NCBI GenBank assembly: GCA_963765895.1
Contig: CAVXZB010000024.1
Coordinates: 201,943-265,942, forward strand
Origin: an uncultured Nitrososphaeraceae archaeon
GTDB lineage: Archaea > Thermoproteota > Nitrososphaeria > Nitrososphaerales > Nitrososphaeraceae
Length of the DNA: 64,000 nt
Reading direction: 5' to 3'
Part shown: in pieces, positions 1 to 11,260 of the stretch
How positions within the stretch are numbered: position 1 is the first letter of the stretch
Layout of the letters: every line of letters begins with the position of its first letter
Notes under the pieces: model-generated
The model's input: only the letters and a program-made list of their open reading frames with translations
The model's database searches: none
Told to the model about the DNA's origin: nothing
Position numbers and translations under genes: made by a program

Positions 1-395
1 CTTGTTATGGTTTGATTTAAGACGTATGGAGTGGTGTGCCATCATAAGGAGATCCCGCCTAATAGATATAGGTCAAATAGTACATATCAAGCTCTTGCAG
101 AACCTATCCTGGAGTAAATCAAATCTTCAACATCTCCGCGATTTCGCTATATTTTTTTTACGTACCCGGAAAGCAGTTTTATTATTGAAAGATTGAGGAT
201 TACGGACATGGAACTTGTATATGAAAGAATGTTTCATACCTTTCAGCTAGGAAAGTATACATTATAAATCATGATATATATTTATTTAATAATGAAAGAG
301 CTACTGAATCTAGGTGTTAGGAAATCACTTTAGAACGTCAAGTAGTAAAACAAGTAGAATTAGATAGAAAAAGATGGTTAGTACGATATCTATTA

Positions 396-1838
396 TTGGG
401 TTCAGTTGCGATTGTACTTGCACTTAAAGTGTACTTGTTGTTATTTGTGATGGATTTTACATTAGGTATCTATAGTTTCTTTTCGAGCTTCGTTCTCTTT
501 AATATCTTGCTTTTTGCCTACACTAGATATAAAGATCCATACATCGATGCTGCGAATATTCCTATAAATTCCTCGAATTTGAATAGTCTTCCGTTTTTTT
601 CAATTGTAGTTCCGGTTAAAAATGAGGAGGAGAACATTAGAAACTGCGTACAATCTTGTATAAACCAATCATATCCAAAGAAGGAAATTATCATAGTCAA
701 TGATGGTAGCACGGATCGAACTGCGGAGGTACTTGACGACATGAGACGGGAAGAGAAAGCGAAAAATCATGATAACCAACAATTGCGCATTCTTCACTTA
801 TCAAGGAGTGTTGGAAAGAAAAAGGCTATAGAATTCGCCAGTCAAATATCCAAAGGTGAAATTTATGCTTTTATGGATAGCGATTGTGACATGGCGTATG
901 ACGCAGTAGAAAAGGCCGCGAAGATCTTTATTTCTGATAAACAACTCGGGGCACTGACCTCACATGGTAGGGTCAGGGGCGCGCACTCTGGTAACATATT
1001 GGAAAAATTTCAGGACGTATATATTGACGGCTCATGCAGAGCGATAAAAGCAGAAGAAAGCTCATTTTCTTCAGTTACCTGCTGCTCAGGGTCTCTCAGC
1101 TTCTATAAGAGAGAAGCCGTTCAACATTTTATCCACGAATGGGCGCATGACACATTTCTCGGAATGGATTTTAAATTCTGTACTGACCGACGTATGACGG
1201 CATATGTCCTTGGGACAAGGCCTAGAATGCATGAGAACAATACTGATGCAACATTAGCTACGAGAACGACTGACGACGTGGATCATGGACGAAGTGCTCA
1301 GGCTGATATTCCGATTCTAGCTGTAGGAAACGATGCAATAGAGTTATTGGAAAAGACTACAGACCCAGATCGGGATTATGATAAACGTTCTTCTCCTCCG
1401 CGTTGGAACGTCAAGTATAGCTATAGTATAAAGGTAAACGTAGGAGTACCCAACAGAGTCTCAGATCTCATAAAACAGCAAATTAGATGGAAAAAGAGTT
1501 TTATTCGAAGCCTGTCCTCTACCGGAGGAATGTACTGGAGTCGCCCATTTTATGTTGCTATGCTTTATTATATACAAACAGCTATGAAATTTATTCGCCC
1601 CTACATAGTGCTACATGCATTACTAGTTCTGCCCTTCGAAGGAGATTTTAGATCTACGATTTTATGGGTAATGGGTATAATGTATACCGGCATGATTTAT
1701 GCTGTAGATTTCAGGCTACGTAACCCAGGCGACAGGCTTTGGTTATATCGGCCAGTATTCACTTTTCTCACTACTTTCGTCTACACATGGTTGCTTCCAG
1801 TAGCTGCTATGACACTAAGAAATAAATCATGGCGATAG
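396..1838 (+). CDS. Glycosyltransferase family 2, hyaluronan/chitin synthase-like membrane enzyme
   Basis: IVVPVKNEE, VNDGSTD, GKK, MDSD (DxD), CCSGSLS, TDRRMT and QQIRWKKS (QxxRW) motifs; N- and C-terminal TM helices. Confidence 0.9.
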   Translation: MGSVAIVLALKVYLLLFVMDFTLGIYSFFSSFVLFNILLFAYTRYKDPYIDAANIPINSSNLNSLPFFSIVVPVKNEEENIRNCVQSCINQSYPKKEIIIVNDGSTDRTAEVLDDMRREEKAKNHDNQQLRILHLSRSVGKKKAIEFASQISKGEIYAFMDSDCDMAYDAVEKAAKIFISDKQLGALTSHGRVRGAHSGNILEKFQDVYIDGSCRAIKAEESSFSSVTCCSGSLSFYKREAVQHFIHEWAHDTFLGMDFKFCTDRRMTAYVLGTRPRMHENNTDATLATRTTDDVDHGRSAQADIPILAVGNDAIELLEKTTDPDRDYDKRSSPPRWNVKYSYSIKVNVGVPNRVSDLIKQQIRWKKSFIRSLSSTGGMYWSRPFYVAMLYYIQTAMKFIRPYIVLHALLVLPFEGDFRSTILWVMGIMYTGMIYAVDFRLRNPGDRLWLYRPVFTFLTTFVYTWLLPVAAMTLRNKSWR

Positions 1839-2028
1839 ATAAACTACACGTTCGCTATACCCTAGACTTCATATGTAAAATGGATAAGTAAAATAGGATA
1901 ACGAAATATGGCAATTGCACTTGGGAACTAATGTGGCTTACCCATCAACTGAATAACATTTTTCTACAAGAGCCTGGTATAATTAGCGTCTCGTCTTAGG
2001 AGGACAATCTAAATACTTATAATCCATA

Positions 2029-2508
2029 TTGGTCTGTATTTCTGTGATGTTATGCAAATCTAGCCTGATAAAGCTAACACTAGGGTTTTTTGTAGTATCT
2101 ATATTGTCATTCCTTTTCGTCTCTCATCCACCGACAGCATATGGACAGAGTGCTGCACTTGTGAAGCCTACGACTGGTGGTAGTCTGAAGGTTAAGATCG
2201 AGCCTACTCCAATAATCATCAAGGTAAATACGCCAACAAAATTTAAAGTAACATTCTCCAAATCAGCAGGAAATGCTCAGCCACATATTGATTATGATTT
2301 TCTTATTACAAAGAACGGCAAAGGTGTTTTCTCAGCATCTTCTTCAACGGGTCAAACGGGGGTCCCGCTACACACTGCTGAGGGTATTGTAACTATACCT
2401 TATGTATTTCATTCATCAGGTAATTACCTATTAACAGTAAAGGTGTTCGGTATACTTTTTAATCCTATTAGACCGGAATCTGCGGATTTTCCGATCAAGG
2501 TAACCTAG
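2029..2508 (+). CDS. Secreted hypothetical protein (beta-rich, thaumarchaeal QPHIDYDF...HTAEG type)
   Basis: Signal peptide ending TAYGQ, then beta-rich domain with conserved-looking His motifs. Confidence 0.65.
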   Translation: MVCISVMLCKSSLIKLTLGFFVVSILSFLFVSHPPTAYGQSAALVKPTTGGSLKVKIEPTPIIIKVNTPTKFKVTFSKSAGNAQPHIDYDFLITKNGKGVFSASSSTGQTGVPLHTAEGIVTIPYVFHSSGNYLLTVKVFGILFNPIRPESADFPIKVT

Positions 2509-2658
2509 TATACCAACGGTCTCGTGTCGAGTACACGATCACTGAAATAGGAGCCAACATTCTGCATTAACTAACCCTGTCTCGAAATCGAAAATGATAC
2601 AATGAGGATATGAAGAGAAAAGACGAAGACGGAAAATGGATATTTTAATCAAAGATTA

Positions 2659-3186
2659 TTACATATTAGACAAGAATTGTCTGTGTTGTTGTTCTGCGGA
2701 TGAAAAGAAGGAATTCCAGGCTTTCATAACATTATTATTGTACTCTGTGACAGTATCGATTGTCCTATTGCAGACCTTTAAGTTCTCTCTAAAGGTATCA
2801 AGACTATTAATCAGGAGTTGATTGTTAACGTCAACTGCCCTGATCGTGCCATTAGTAATCTGATTAGACTGATTTACCAATTGCTCCGCGTATGGACCAG
2901 AGGAGTGGATTGACCAATTGTTTCCTAGAAGCTGTTTTTGAGCAGATACTGTAGTTTGAATAATATTTTTTGCGGTCTGGATATAATCAAGCTGAAGATT
3001 AGAAACAGACTGATAATATTGAGGTTGAGCCTTCGCCATTTCGTCTACTGTTCTCAGTAAATTTTCCTTGACAGAATCGTAAATATTCAGACCTTTAGAG
3101 GTGATTGTATTTTCCTCTGTTGGTTTATAATCTACCATAGAACTATTTAGCTGTAGTTCTATATAAATATTGGTAATCAATACCAT
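2659..3186 (-). CDS. Hypothetical Gln/Asn-rich helical protein (phasin-like)
   Basis: 175 aa amphipathic Q/N-rich ORF; true start probably MVDYK. Confidence 0.6.
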   Translation of the reverse strand: MVLITNIYIELQLNSSMVDYKPTEENTITSKGLNIYDSVKENLLRTVDEMAKAQPQYYQSVSNLQLDYIQTAKNIIQTTVSAQKQLLGNNWSIHSSGPYAEQLVNQSNQITNGTIRAVDVNNQLLINSLDTFRENLKVCNRTIDTVTEYNNNVMKAWNSFFSSAEQQHRQFLSNM

Positions 3187-3468
3187 TGTTTACCGAATAA
3201 AACCGTAGGATTATCTATAGCATACCCTCTAAATTGCATATTTTTAAGGACATCTACTTTATGAGAATATCTATATGTGGTAACACGGGGAGTTAATATA
3301 CACGAATCTTTGATCAGAGGCAGGAAGATTTTCTAGCCAACTGGGTTTGATTAACTTGAGAAGATATAATTCTAGCTATTGCAATATTTGCTTAATCTTT
3401 CAGTACGATTTAGAATTCCACAATCTAAGGATTAGCAATCTTTCACAAAAATAGCATTGTCTAGAATT

Positions 3469-4313
3469 AGAACCCATGCCAAAAATAGATAGACATCTAG
3501 CTTGTGAGGGTTTTGCTCATAAGTGCGGCTTATGATAAAGTCAAATATCTTCCAATTGTCAAAAGAATCTCTGATGCGTTATGGAATGAGGCCAGGTTGT
3601 TGATACTTCCATCAGAAAAACCAAATAATTCCATAGGACGTCCAGCAGCAGTATGATGGCTAAAGTAGGAATTCAATAGAGAGGCAACCACTTGATAGTA
3701 GTAGTATTCGGTAAAGGCATCTCTAGGCAGAAATGACTGATTGGACCTAATCCTACAGACAAATGTAAGTTAGTTAGGAACAAAATGTCCTCCTGTATTA
3801 ATAACCGATGGACAAGGTATTTCCATTATCTGTTATTGTTATTATTATTGTTATTATTATTATTATAACTGGGGCTAATACGCATAATGATATGAAAGGC
3901 AGCAATAAACACGCTGGAAAATAATACCGTAGTTAAAAGACCATCGTCTAGGACATATAAAGAAAAACAGAATCTTTATCTATCTTGATAAAGGATATGA
4001 CTTTCAAACGATCGTAGTATACGAACCAATAAAGGATATGACTTTCAAACGATCGTAGTATACGAACCAATAAAGGATATCTATCACATATTTGACATAG
4101 AGGAGAACAATCAGTTATAAAGATTAATGGTTGTAATAATCATCGTCATCATACTAAAAGAAGATGGGTTGTAGAAACAACTAACTCTTGGCATAACAGG
4201 TTCAGAAAACTTTTAGTTGGGTATGAGAAGAAGTTAGGAGGCTATTTTGCCTTAGTAGTAGTATATTTAGGCTCTATTATTATCTATAGGAGGATAATTT
4301 TAGGATAGGCTCT
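3469..4313 (+). mobile_element. Degraded IS5-family element (transposase pseudogene)
   Basis: Fragments translate as ISDALWNE...PSEKPNNSIGRP, YLDKGYD and RRWVVETTNSWHNRFRKLLVGYEKK; degenerate TIRs gaacccatgccaaaaat / attttaggataggctc. Confidence 0.8.
3988..4080 (+). repeat. 41-bp tandem duplication (2 copies plus partial) inside the IS5 remnant
   Basis: ataaaggatatgactttcaaacgatcgtagtatacgaacca at 3988 and 4029, partial at 4070. Confidence 0.9.
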
Positions 4314-4373
4314 TAGATATACATGAGCCACTGACGACAACATACTACATCTACTGGTTTCAAGCATATTCGC

Positions 4374-4829
4374 CTAGCTTCTTTTCATTCGAGAATCTTC
4401 TTTTATAGTCCGTATAAACTCTTCCAATTTCTTTAGACTTTCAGGATGCAGGTGATGCTCAATTCCCTCCGCATCCCGATTGGCTATATCAACAGTTACA
4501 CCGATCATTTTGAAGAATTCTGCAAGAAGGCCATGTCGTTCCCTAATGCTCTCTGCAACTTTTATACCCTCGTTAGTTAGGCTTATGCCTCTATATTTTT
4601 CATATTTTAGGTGCCCACTCTCCCCTAGCCTTTGTACCATTTTTGTAACGCTTGGAGAGCTTACGTTAAGGTATTTGGATATTTCAATAGTTGTTGCATA
4701 TCCTTTTTGCTGAATTAGCTCAAATATTACTTCTAGATAATCTTCCATTCTATCTGTTCTATCTTCTTTTTTTGAGTTATTAGCGTCACGAATTGATTCT
4801 AATCTAGTTCCTTTAGTCGTAGGCTCCAT
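4374..4829 (-). CDS. mntR: DtxR/MntR family metal-dependent transcriptional regulator
   Basis: MEDYLEVI, HTH VSSPSVTKMVQRL, ERHGLL and AEGIEHHL metal-site motifs. Confidence 0.9.
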   Translation of the reverse strand: MEPTTKGTRLESIRDANNSKKEDRTDRMEDYLEVIFELIQQKGYATTIEISKYLNVSSPSVTKMVQRLGESGHLKYEKYRGISLTNEGIKVAESIRERHGLLAEFFKMIGVTVDIANRDAEGIEHHLHPESLKKLEEFIRTIKEDSRMKRS

Positions 4830-5295
4830 GCATATCCCAGTGATACATCATACAATAGGTACATTCCTAATTATGCTTTTACTAAGCCGTGTTAAACGAT
4901 AATTATACAATGATTTTGCTCGACCCGCTCCATTTGTAATTTATATGCTTTTTTTATATTCTATAACACCGATATCAGGAGTGGATCCACTGCTTCTTAT
5001 TCTCAGAGATAGTTCATGTCATTTAGCACAGAAAGAATTTCATATAATCAATATAACGCCCGATATTTGTACCAGTGATAAGATATGATTTGGGAGAAGT
5101 GATAATTAACTGATCTGCTGATGTGAATTATTAGAGTAGGGCCACACCAGAAGCTTTGTATACCGACTATATTTTATAAGCTTGAGATTAAATGAAATAT
5201 ACCAATTCTGGAGGTTAATTATTTAGTAACGCTTTCTGGCCTAGAACAATAAACCCCATTCAACTATGCTTTGCCAGAGATGATATGGTTGTCGG

Positions 5296-6279
5296 TTAGT
5301 TCCCGCAACTATCTTGTTTAATATGACCTATGAAGGATTCAAGATCTGCTGTTGCAAGGCAACATACTTTATCTCCTGCGCCGTAGTAAACAAACAACCG
5401 TCCGTCCAACACACATCCACCGGTGGGAAATACCACATTGTTAACATCTCCGTATAATTCATACGATTCCATTGGTTGCAATATTGGTCTCCTAGTCCTA
5501 GCAAGTATCTTGTTTGGTCTATTCAAATCCAGAAGCGCGGCACCGGCTCTATAAACTTTATCATTACTTACTCCATGATAGATAACTAACCAACCATATC
5601 TCGTTTTGATCGGTGGTGGCCCTGCTCCGACCTTTAATTCCTCCCAGTCTGACTTAGGACTTATAAGGAGAGTGTATTTGCTACGGGCCATCAAAGAGTT
5701 CCCTTCCCCAAGCCAGATACTCGGTCTATCTACTCCATAATCCTTTCCAACCCATCGACTTGGTCTATGTAACGAAAAATACTTATTTGTTCCTTTTCCA
5801 CTTATTGAATGTGCATCAAATTTATGTGGGAAGAAAACAACATCTTTGTCGTCATCGGTTTGTTTTGTTATGGTACCTAATCTGGTAAAAACACGATAAT
5901 CACTCGTCGTAGCTAATGCTGTTAAAGTCTCTGGACCTTCGCGTACATACTTGGAAGGAACTACATAAACAAGGTAATCCCTCTGACCAATCTTTACTAA
6001 ACGAGGATCTTCTATACCGAATCTCTCGTATTGGACATTAGGAGAAATAGCAACCTCATTACGTCTAACAAACGTATAGCCATCAGTGCTGGAAGCATAT
6101 CCTACTCTTGAAATATAGTCTTCATATTCGCCAATAGCACGATACAACATATGAATTCTAATCCCGTCATATAATACTCCGCAGTTAAAAACTGCCTTGG
6201 ATTCCCACCAGTTATTATTATCAGGACTCAAAATCGGATTTTTACTATACCTCTTTAGGACCATCTCGTTTGCAGACAA
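5296..6279 (-). CDS. Glycoside hydrolase family 130 (beta-mannoside phosphorylase/glycosidase)
   Basis: NPIL, VFNCG, LYRA, GIEDPR, DKDVVFFP, KVGAGPPP, YHGV, NVVFPTG, YYGAGD motifs. Confidence 0.9.
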   Translation of the reverse strand: MSANEMVLKRYSKNPILSPDNNNWWESKAVFNCGVLYDGIRIHMLYRAIGEYEDYISRVGYASSTDGYTFVRRNEVAISPNVQYERFGIEDPRLVKIGQRDYLVYVVPSKYVREGPETLTALATTSDYRVFTRLGTITKQTDDDKDVVFFPHKFDAHSISGKGTNKYFSLHRPSRWVGKDYGVDRPSIWLGEGNSLMARSKYTLLISPKSDWEELKVGAGPPPIKTRYGWLVIYHGVSNDKVYRAGAALLDLNRPNKILARTRRPILQPMESYELYGDVNNVVFPTGGCVLDGRLFVYYGAGDKVCCLATADLESFIGHIKQDSCGN

Positions 6280-6707
6280 GACAAATCCATAAGTAAATCT
6301 CTGGTTTTATTAACCTACGCACTTTAGATGGTATAGAATAAGACTCTTCAAAACCATTATCCGAGGTACTATCTACCCTAAACAAAAAGTGCCCTGAAAT
6401 TGAGCTGAAGTTACATCTACTGAACTGAAGTGATTTAGGTTGCCTTACTTATGTCATTGACATTGCTAGTGCTATCGTATAATAGTGATATCATCTAACA
6501 GCTGCAATGTATATACAGTTCTTCGACAATTTGCATCGATTCATGCCAAGGTACTAAAAACAACATCTTTAGTTGATTGTCCTACTGTATATATGCTCCG
6601 AAAAATCTGTTGTGAATGACGACAAAAATGGGGGGAGAGTAATGTGGTTATCGTATGCCATTCAGTGCCGATTCAACCTAATTTAATCATCCGAGCCTTA
6701 TCGACCT

Positions 6708-6917
6708 TTATGATTGGTGATGGTGGTGATGGTGGTGATGGTGGTGATGGTGGTGATGGTGGTGATGGTGGTGATGGTGGTGATGGTGGTGATGGTGGTG
6801 TCCGTCTGCATAAGCCAAGTGTTCAGTCACGATTGGAGCCGTTGCCATCAGTGCTATCGCGGCCATCAAAGTAATAGTTGCCATCAGTGCTATTTTCCTA
6901 TCACTATTTTTATTCAT
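6708..6917 (-). CDS. Secreted poly-histidine peptide (28 consecutive His)
   Basis: Basic N-terminus, hydrophobic core, AYA cleavage motif, then DG-H28-QS; TATA-like tttataa upstream on the minus strand. Confidence 0.7.
   Translation of the reverse strand: MNKNSDRKIALMATITLMAAIALMATAPIVTEHLAYADGHHHHHHHHHHHHHHHHHHHHHHHHHHHHQS
6712..6800. repeat. (ggtgatggt)n microsatellite encoding the poly-His tract
   Basis: 9-bp unit tandem array visible directly. Confidence 0.95.
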
Positions 6918-8139
6918 ATTTCTGCTAGATACTCTTTTTATTTACAATCTTATAAACAAAGTATACAAATACCTGCATTGGAACCCAGAGATGGAATTTG
7001 CCCTGCACTAGTCGAATATAAAATCTCGCTCAACCTACTCCGTCATTAAATCAAAATGTTGTTTAGCAATGAGGTGTGTCATCATTAACGAGTAAAATAA
7101 CAAGCCATAAAAATGAACATGAAACGGTCCCTCTTGGTCCTAGGAACGATGGTGGTGTTTACCAGGGATACTCGCATATCAGGCAAGTAAGCGAGTAAAA
7201 GTGATTGTATTGAACATCGTAAAGTTGGACAATAAAACAGTAATAGCTAAGGAGTTTGGTAGTCAAAGGATTTGATAAAGCTAGCAAACGATACCGTCTC
7301 ACTCACATCTTCAGGATCACCCAACAAATCTGGCTATGTTCCATCCATGGGTAATGCTATCGAGATAATTAATACTGGAAGTAGCAAAAGTAAAAACTTT
7401 ACCGCGATGTACTCTAAATGTTGAAGGTACACAAGGAAAAATGGTCAACAATCTCTAAAGCCTCGTCTCAGCAGCTACTTTACACCATCTAACACAACCA
7501 ACTCAGGTAACTGGTTAATTTACATGAAACTTGGCTACCCATATTGAGAACGTCCTAATAACCGAATTGTGCTAGATTAAAGCCGCAATTTAATGACATT
7601 TTTTGTTTGTATTTAAAAATATAGAAGACTATTTTGACCGTTGCTTAGACTTACCATAGTTACTGGTTATTATTTGTGCCTCGAGTCTTTTTTACAAAAT
7701 CTCGAGTGAGTGTGATAGGTTCAATTTTAAGAATTTATAATAGAAATGAGTTTCTACCGGCCTGAATATTATACTAGAGGTGTTTCATTAGAAGAAATTT
7801 CACATCTGGCCAATCCACACTTTTCCGTTTCCATTAAGTTTATTGAGAGTCTGTTAATTGCATTTTCGACAGAATAGCCAAATTGATTAGATTGTTCGCA
7901 ATAAATCCCATTTCTAACAATGCGAATCATAGGGGCCTATTCTAAACGTTACTTATGTTATCAATAGTAAAGTTTTTGACATATCATCTTATTGGTAATA
8001 AGATCATTTTTCGCAGTAGGCCCATCTGACTTATAGTACAAACATTAACCAGTTCATATCATATCAGATCTACTGACCGACTCATTTACCAAATTTCCGG
8101 TAGTACTTTCTATATATCTATTTTGCTAATGAAAATACT

Positions 8140-8160
8140 AACTAACCAAACAGTTAGTTG
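8140..8160. other. 21-bp dyad site, copy 1 (candidate attL or operator)
   Basis: aactaac-caaaca-gttagtt-g; identical to 32427-32447; 50 bp upstream of the integrase start. Confidence 0.65.
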
Positions 8161-8210
8161 ATATATAATACTAACTTATATGTCAGAAAAAATGCTATAT
8201 TATTTATTAA

Positions 8211-9656
8211 TTGGACAATACCGTTACTGCAATACGTAAAGAAAAACTAGTAAGAATCAATGGTGAACGTGATGATATTATTTTCGAAAGAAAAATGGAC
8301 GATATTACTTCGGGCTTGCAACCGGAATATTCTAGGTTACTACATGATATATCAGAAGAAAACGCACTCACAATAGGAAATTACATTCAAGCATTAAGAA
8401 TGGAGGTCAATCCCTCTGATCATTACAGAGGCGATGTAATTAAACTACTATGTACGTTCTCTAAATTTAATAATAATCATCCTTTTAGCGCTATAAGTAG
8501 GGATGATATAATTTCATATCTAGAAAGTTACCGCAAACCAGAGACATTAGATCCCATGCATAGATGGATTGAAACTTACAATATATACCGAATGCATTTG
8601 ATTAGATTTTTAAGATGGTTATATTATCCTGACATTGAACCAAGGAAACGACCAAAACCAGAAGTGATTCAGAATGTATTACAGCTCAAGCGAAAAGAAC
8701 AATCAATTTACAAGCCTACAGATCTTTGGACAGTTGAGGATGATCTGCTATTCCTAAAGTATTGCCCTTCTAAAAGAATAAGATGCTATCATGCTATGTC
8801 TCGTGACACAGGCTGTAGGCCACACGAATTATTGAAGTTAAGGATAAAAGACGTCGTATTCAAAGCCACCAGAAATAGACAATATGCAGAAGTTTTGGTC
8901 AACGGAAAAACAGGAAGCAGATTTATCCCTTTAATAGACTCGATTCCATATATCAAAGATTATTTAAATTATGAACATCCGCAGTCAGCAAATCCAAACA
9001 CGATATTTCTATGTGGAACACGTAAGAGCTTAGGTAGGATTCTGAATATATCATCACTATCACGGATTTATGGTATATATAAGCATGAATTATTTCCAAA
9101 GTTATTAAACGATCCAAATGTTCCATCGGAAGATAAGATGATGATTGAAGAATTACTGAAGAAACCATGGAACCCGTACGTACGAAGACATAGTGCGTTG
9201 ACAGATAAATCCAAAATACTCAAAGAACATACTTTACGTCAATTTGCAGGTTGGAGCACGAATTCCAACATGCCTCAGAAATATCTTCACTATTTTGGAA
9301 ATGAAGCAAGTGAAAGCTTGTTAGAAGCATATGGTATAGTTACAAAAGACCAGAAATTATCAGATGTACTAAGACCAAAGCAATGTCCTAATTGCAATGA
9401 ACCTAACAAACCTGATAGCAAGTTCTGCGCGCATTGCAGGATGGTTTTGACATATGATGCCTATAACGAAAGGTTAGATGAGCAGAAGAAGAAGGAAGAT
9501 AAACTGGCAGTTATAGAAGACCGATTCAATACTATGCAGTCTCAGATGTGTACGCTAATTACAGCTCTTGGAAATATGGATGGCAATAATAAAGTCCAAT
9601 TTGCAAAGCAGTTGTATCACAGCGGAATATATGAAGTAGATAGTGTCACTATCTAA
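8211..9656 (+). CDS. Tyrosine recombinase/integrase with C-terminal Zn ribbon and coiled coil
   Basis: DTGCRPHE (R), VNGKTG (K), PYVRRHS, FAGW, KYLHY; CPNC...CAHC; uninterrupted 481 aa. Confidence 0.9.
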   Translation: MDNTVTAIRKEKLVRINGERDDIIFERKMDDITSGLQPEYSRLLHDISEENALTIGNYIQALRMEVNPSDHYRGDVIKLLCTFSKFNNNHPFSAISRDDIISYLESYRKPETLDPMHRWIETYNIYRMHLIRFLRWLYYPDIEPRKRPKPEVIQNVLQLKRKEQSIYKPTDLWTVEDDLLFLKYCPSKRIRCYHAMSRDTGCRPHELLKLRIKDVVFKATRNRQYAEVLVNGKTGSRFIPLIDSIPYIKDYLNYEHPQSANPNTIFLCGTRKSLGRILNISSLSRIYGIYKHELFPKLLNDPNVPSEDKMMIEELLKKPWNPYVRRHSALTDKSKILKEHTLRQFAGWSTNSNMPQKYLHYFGNEASESLLEAYGIVTKDQKLSDVLRPKQCPNCNEPNKPDSKFCAHCRMVLTYDAYNERLDEQKKKEDKLAVIEDRFNTMQSQMCTLITALGNMDGNNKVQFAKQLYHSGIYEVDSVTI

Positions 9657-10192
9657 TCATCAGTTTGAGGTATGTGGGATTCATATCTAGCACATTTCGT
9701 GCATTCGTAATATTTTCCTAGCTTATAGAGTAACGTCTCCTTCCATTTATGCCCACAATTATTACGATATCTATCTTTATCTAAATAAAAGACTTCGAAA
9801 TATGATAAATAATCATCTTCTATGACTTTATGGACTTCAGGATAGATTTTGGCAAAGCTACTAGATAATTTGTTGTAACTTGCCTCTTTTAACTCAATGC
9901 CTTTGGTAATATCTTTGGTGTATTCCTTAGGAAGGATAGTCAAAAATGTTCCAAATAACTCTGGTAATGAGAATGCATTGTTAATGAAATCAAGACCTGC
10001 TTTTGTTCTCATATTACAGTTAGTAATCTTTCCTGTTGGGCTCATTGCCTCTATCAACATGTAAACAATGAATGCGCCGATTCGATTCACGATTTGAAAT
10101 AATGCATATTCTATATCATCCCTAAACAGCTCTGGATTTCGAAACCTTATCGAATCCAATTCTAAATCTGGGATAAATCGCATAATTAACAA
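9653..10192 (-). CDS. Hypothetical protein with C-terminal C-x-H...CxxC Zn finger, convergent with the integrase
   Basis: 179 aa ORF; CGHKW...YECTKC. Confidence 0.55.
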   Translation of the reverse strand: MLIMRFIPDLELDSIRFRNPELFRDDIEYALFQIVNRIGAFIVYMLIEAMSPTGKITNCNMRTKAGLDFINNAFSLPELFGTFLTILPKEYTKDITKGIELKEASYNKLSSSFAKIYPEVHKVIEDDYLSYFEVFYLDKDRYRNNCGHKWKETLLYKLGKYYECTKCARYESHIPQTDD

Positions 10193-10380
10193 GTAAACTT
10201 TAGATATCCTGCAAATTCTAATTTGCCATCGTCAAGTACATCATCTTTAACGAAGTATTTATTCCCATGCTTAACGATTTTATTTTCCATGATTAATTTG
10301 TTTACTAAAGAGGTAACGGTTTGCATAAAAGCGTAAAGGAATTTCCGGAATTTATATTATATATAACCTCAATATTCTGC

Positions 10381-10536
10381 ATGTCATCAAAATACAAGAA
10401 TATTGTGGTATCAGAGACCAACTACAATATTCTAAAACGGCTAGGAGAAGCAGGAGAGAGCTTTAATGATGTCATCACGGACATTTTGACTAGGACTTCA
10501 ACAGTCTCATTAAATGGTGAATTTAATGATGGATAG
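10381..10536 (+). CDS. Small RHH / VapB-antitoxin-like DNA-binding protein
   Basis: MSSKYKNIVVSETNYNILKRLGEAGESFNDVITDIL fits the archaeal RHH antitoxin-like pattern. Confidence 0.7.
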   Translation: MSSKYKNIVVSETNYNILKRLGEAGESFNDVITDILTRTSTVSLNGEFNDG

Positions 10537-10732
10537 TTTCGTCGCAATTGATACAGTAGCAGAATGCTTGACTGAAAAGTGTTCTGACTGTACAGGATTT
10601 TACATCAACAGATTATTTCAGCATCACTTACAGTGCATGCATGTCATAAAAAGGCCATGATGTTAGAACAGGTTGGGCACCCCGAATCTAACATCAATTT
10701 GCGGACACCCTCTTCAGTCAAAGGTGAAGAAA

Positions 10733-11260
10733 ATGAGCGCTGATGATAGATTCTCTAAAGATATAGATAAACATTTTCATCGAATGAAATCTAGCCCTGA
10801 TGATGGGTCCATAGCACATTCGAATTCAGACATATTAAAGACAACAGACATCACACAGAGAACAGGAACAAAAGCATACTCGATCAAATACGCCACAAAA
10901 AACAAGTGCTATAGTATTCATATTGAACAACGACAGCTTGAGGTCGATCAGGTGGGATTTTCCGGTCTAATTGATGACCTATACAAGCAGCTAGGTGACA
11001 AGTGGATACAAGATAGCACGGAGCATTCATGGGTAAACAAGTATACAGAGCGAGCCCAAGTGTGTTTGTTGGATATATATGAAGTCGGCCGCGCGGAATT
11101 CATTATAGATCCATCTGATTTGGATGATAAAACCAAATCCTTACTCTCTGAATTAGATGAGGACTCTGAAGAGTATATAATCAGGGAAGTTATCAGTAGG
11201 ATATTTGCTAGCATAGGTGTCCCGCACTTTAAGTTGACACAGAAATATTGTGTGTTATAG
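10733..11260 (+). CDS. Hypothetical protein (element backbone)
   Basis: Co-oriented ORF overlapping the next gene; start MSADD assumed. Confidence 0.55.
   Translation: MSADDRFSKDIDKHFHRMKSSPDDGSIAHSNSDILKTTDITQRTGTKAYSIKYATKNKCYSIHIEQRQLEVDQVGFSGLIDDLYKQLGDKWIQDSTEHSWVNKYTERAQVCLLDIYEVGRAEFIIDPSDLDDKTKSLLSELDEDSEEYIIREVISRIFASIGVPHFKLTQKYCVL

Noticed and set aside
2-196. 64-aa edge ORF
   Set aside because: No recognisable motif; at the window edge
3831-3868. (tta/ttg)n tract
   Set aside because: Simple microsatellite with no supportable gene
3988-4080. 41-bp repeats as a mini-CRISPR
   Set aside because: Head-to-tail duplication without spacers inside a dead transposase
6644-7049. Plus-strand ORFs with (GDG)n or (MVV)n repeats
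   Set aside because: Alternative frames of the microsatellite; only the minus-strand poly-His frame has a signal peptide and promoter
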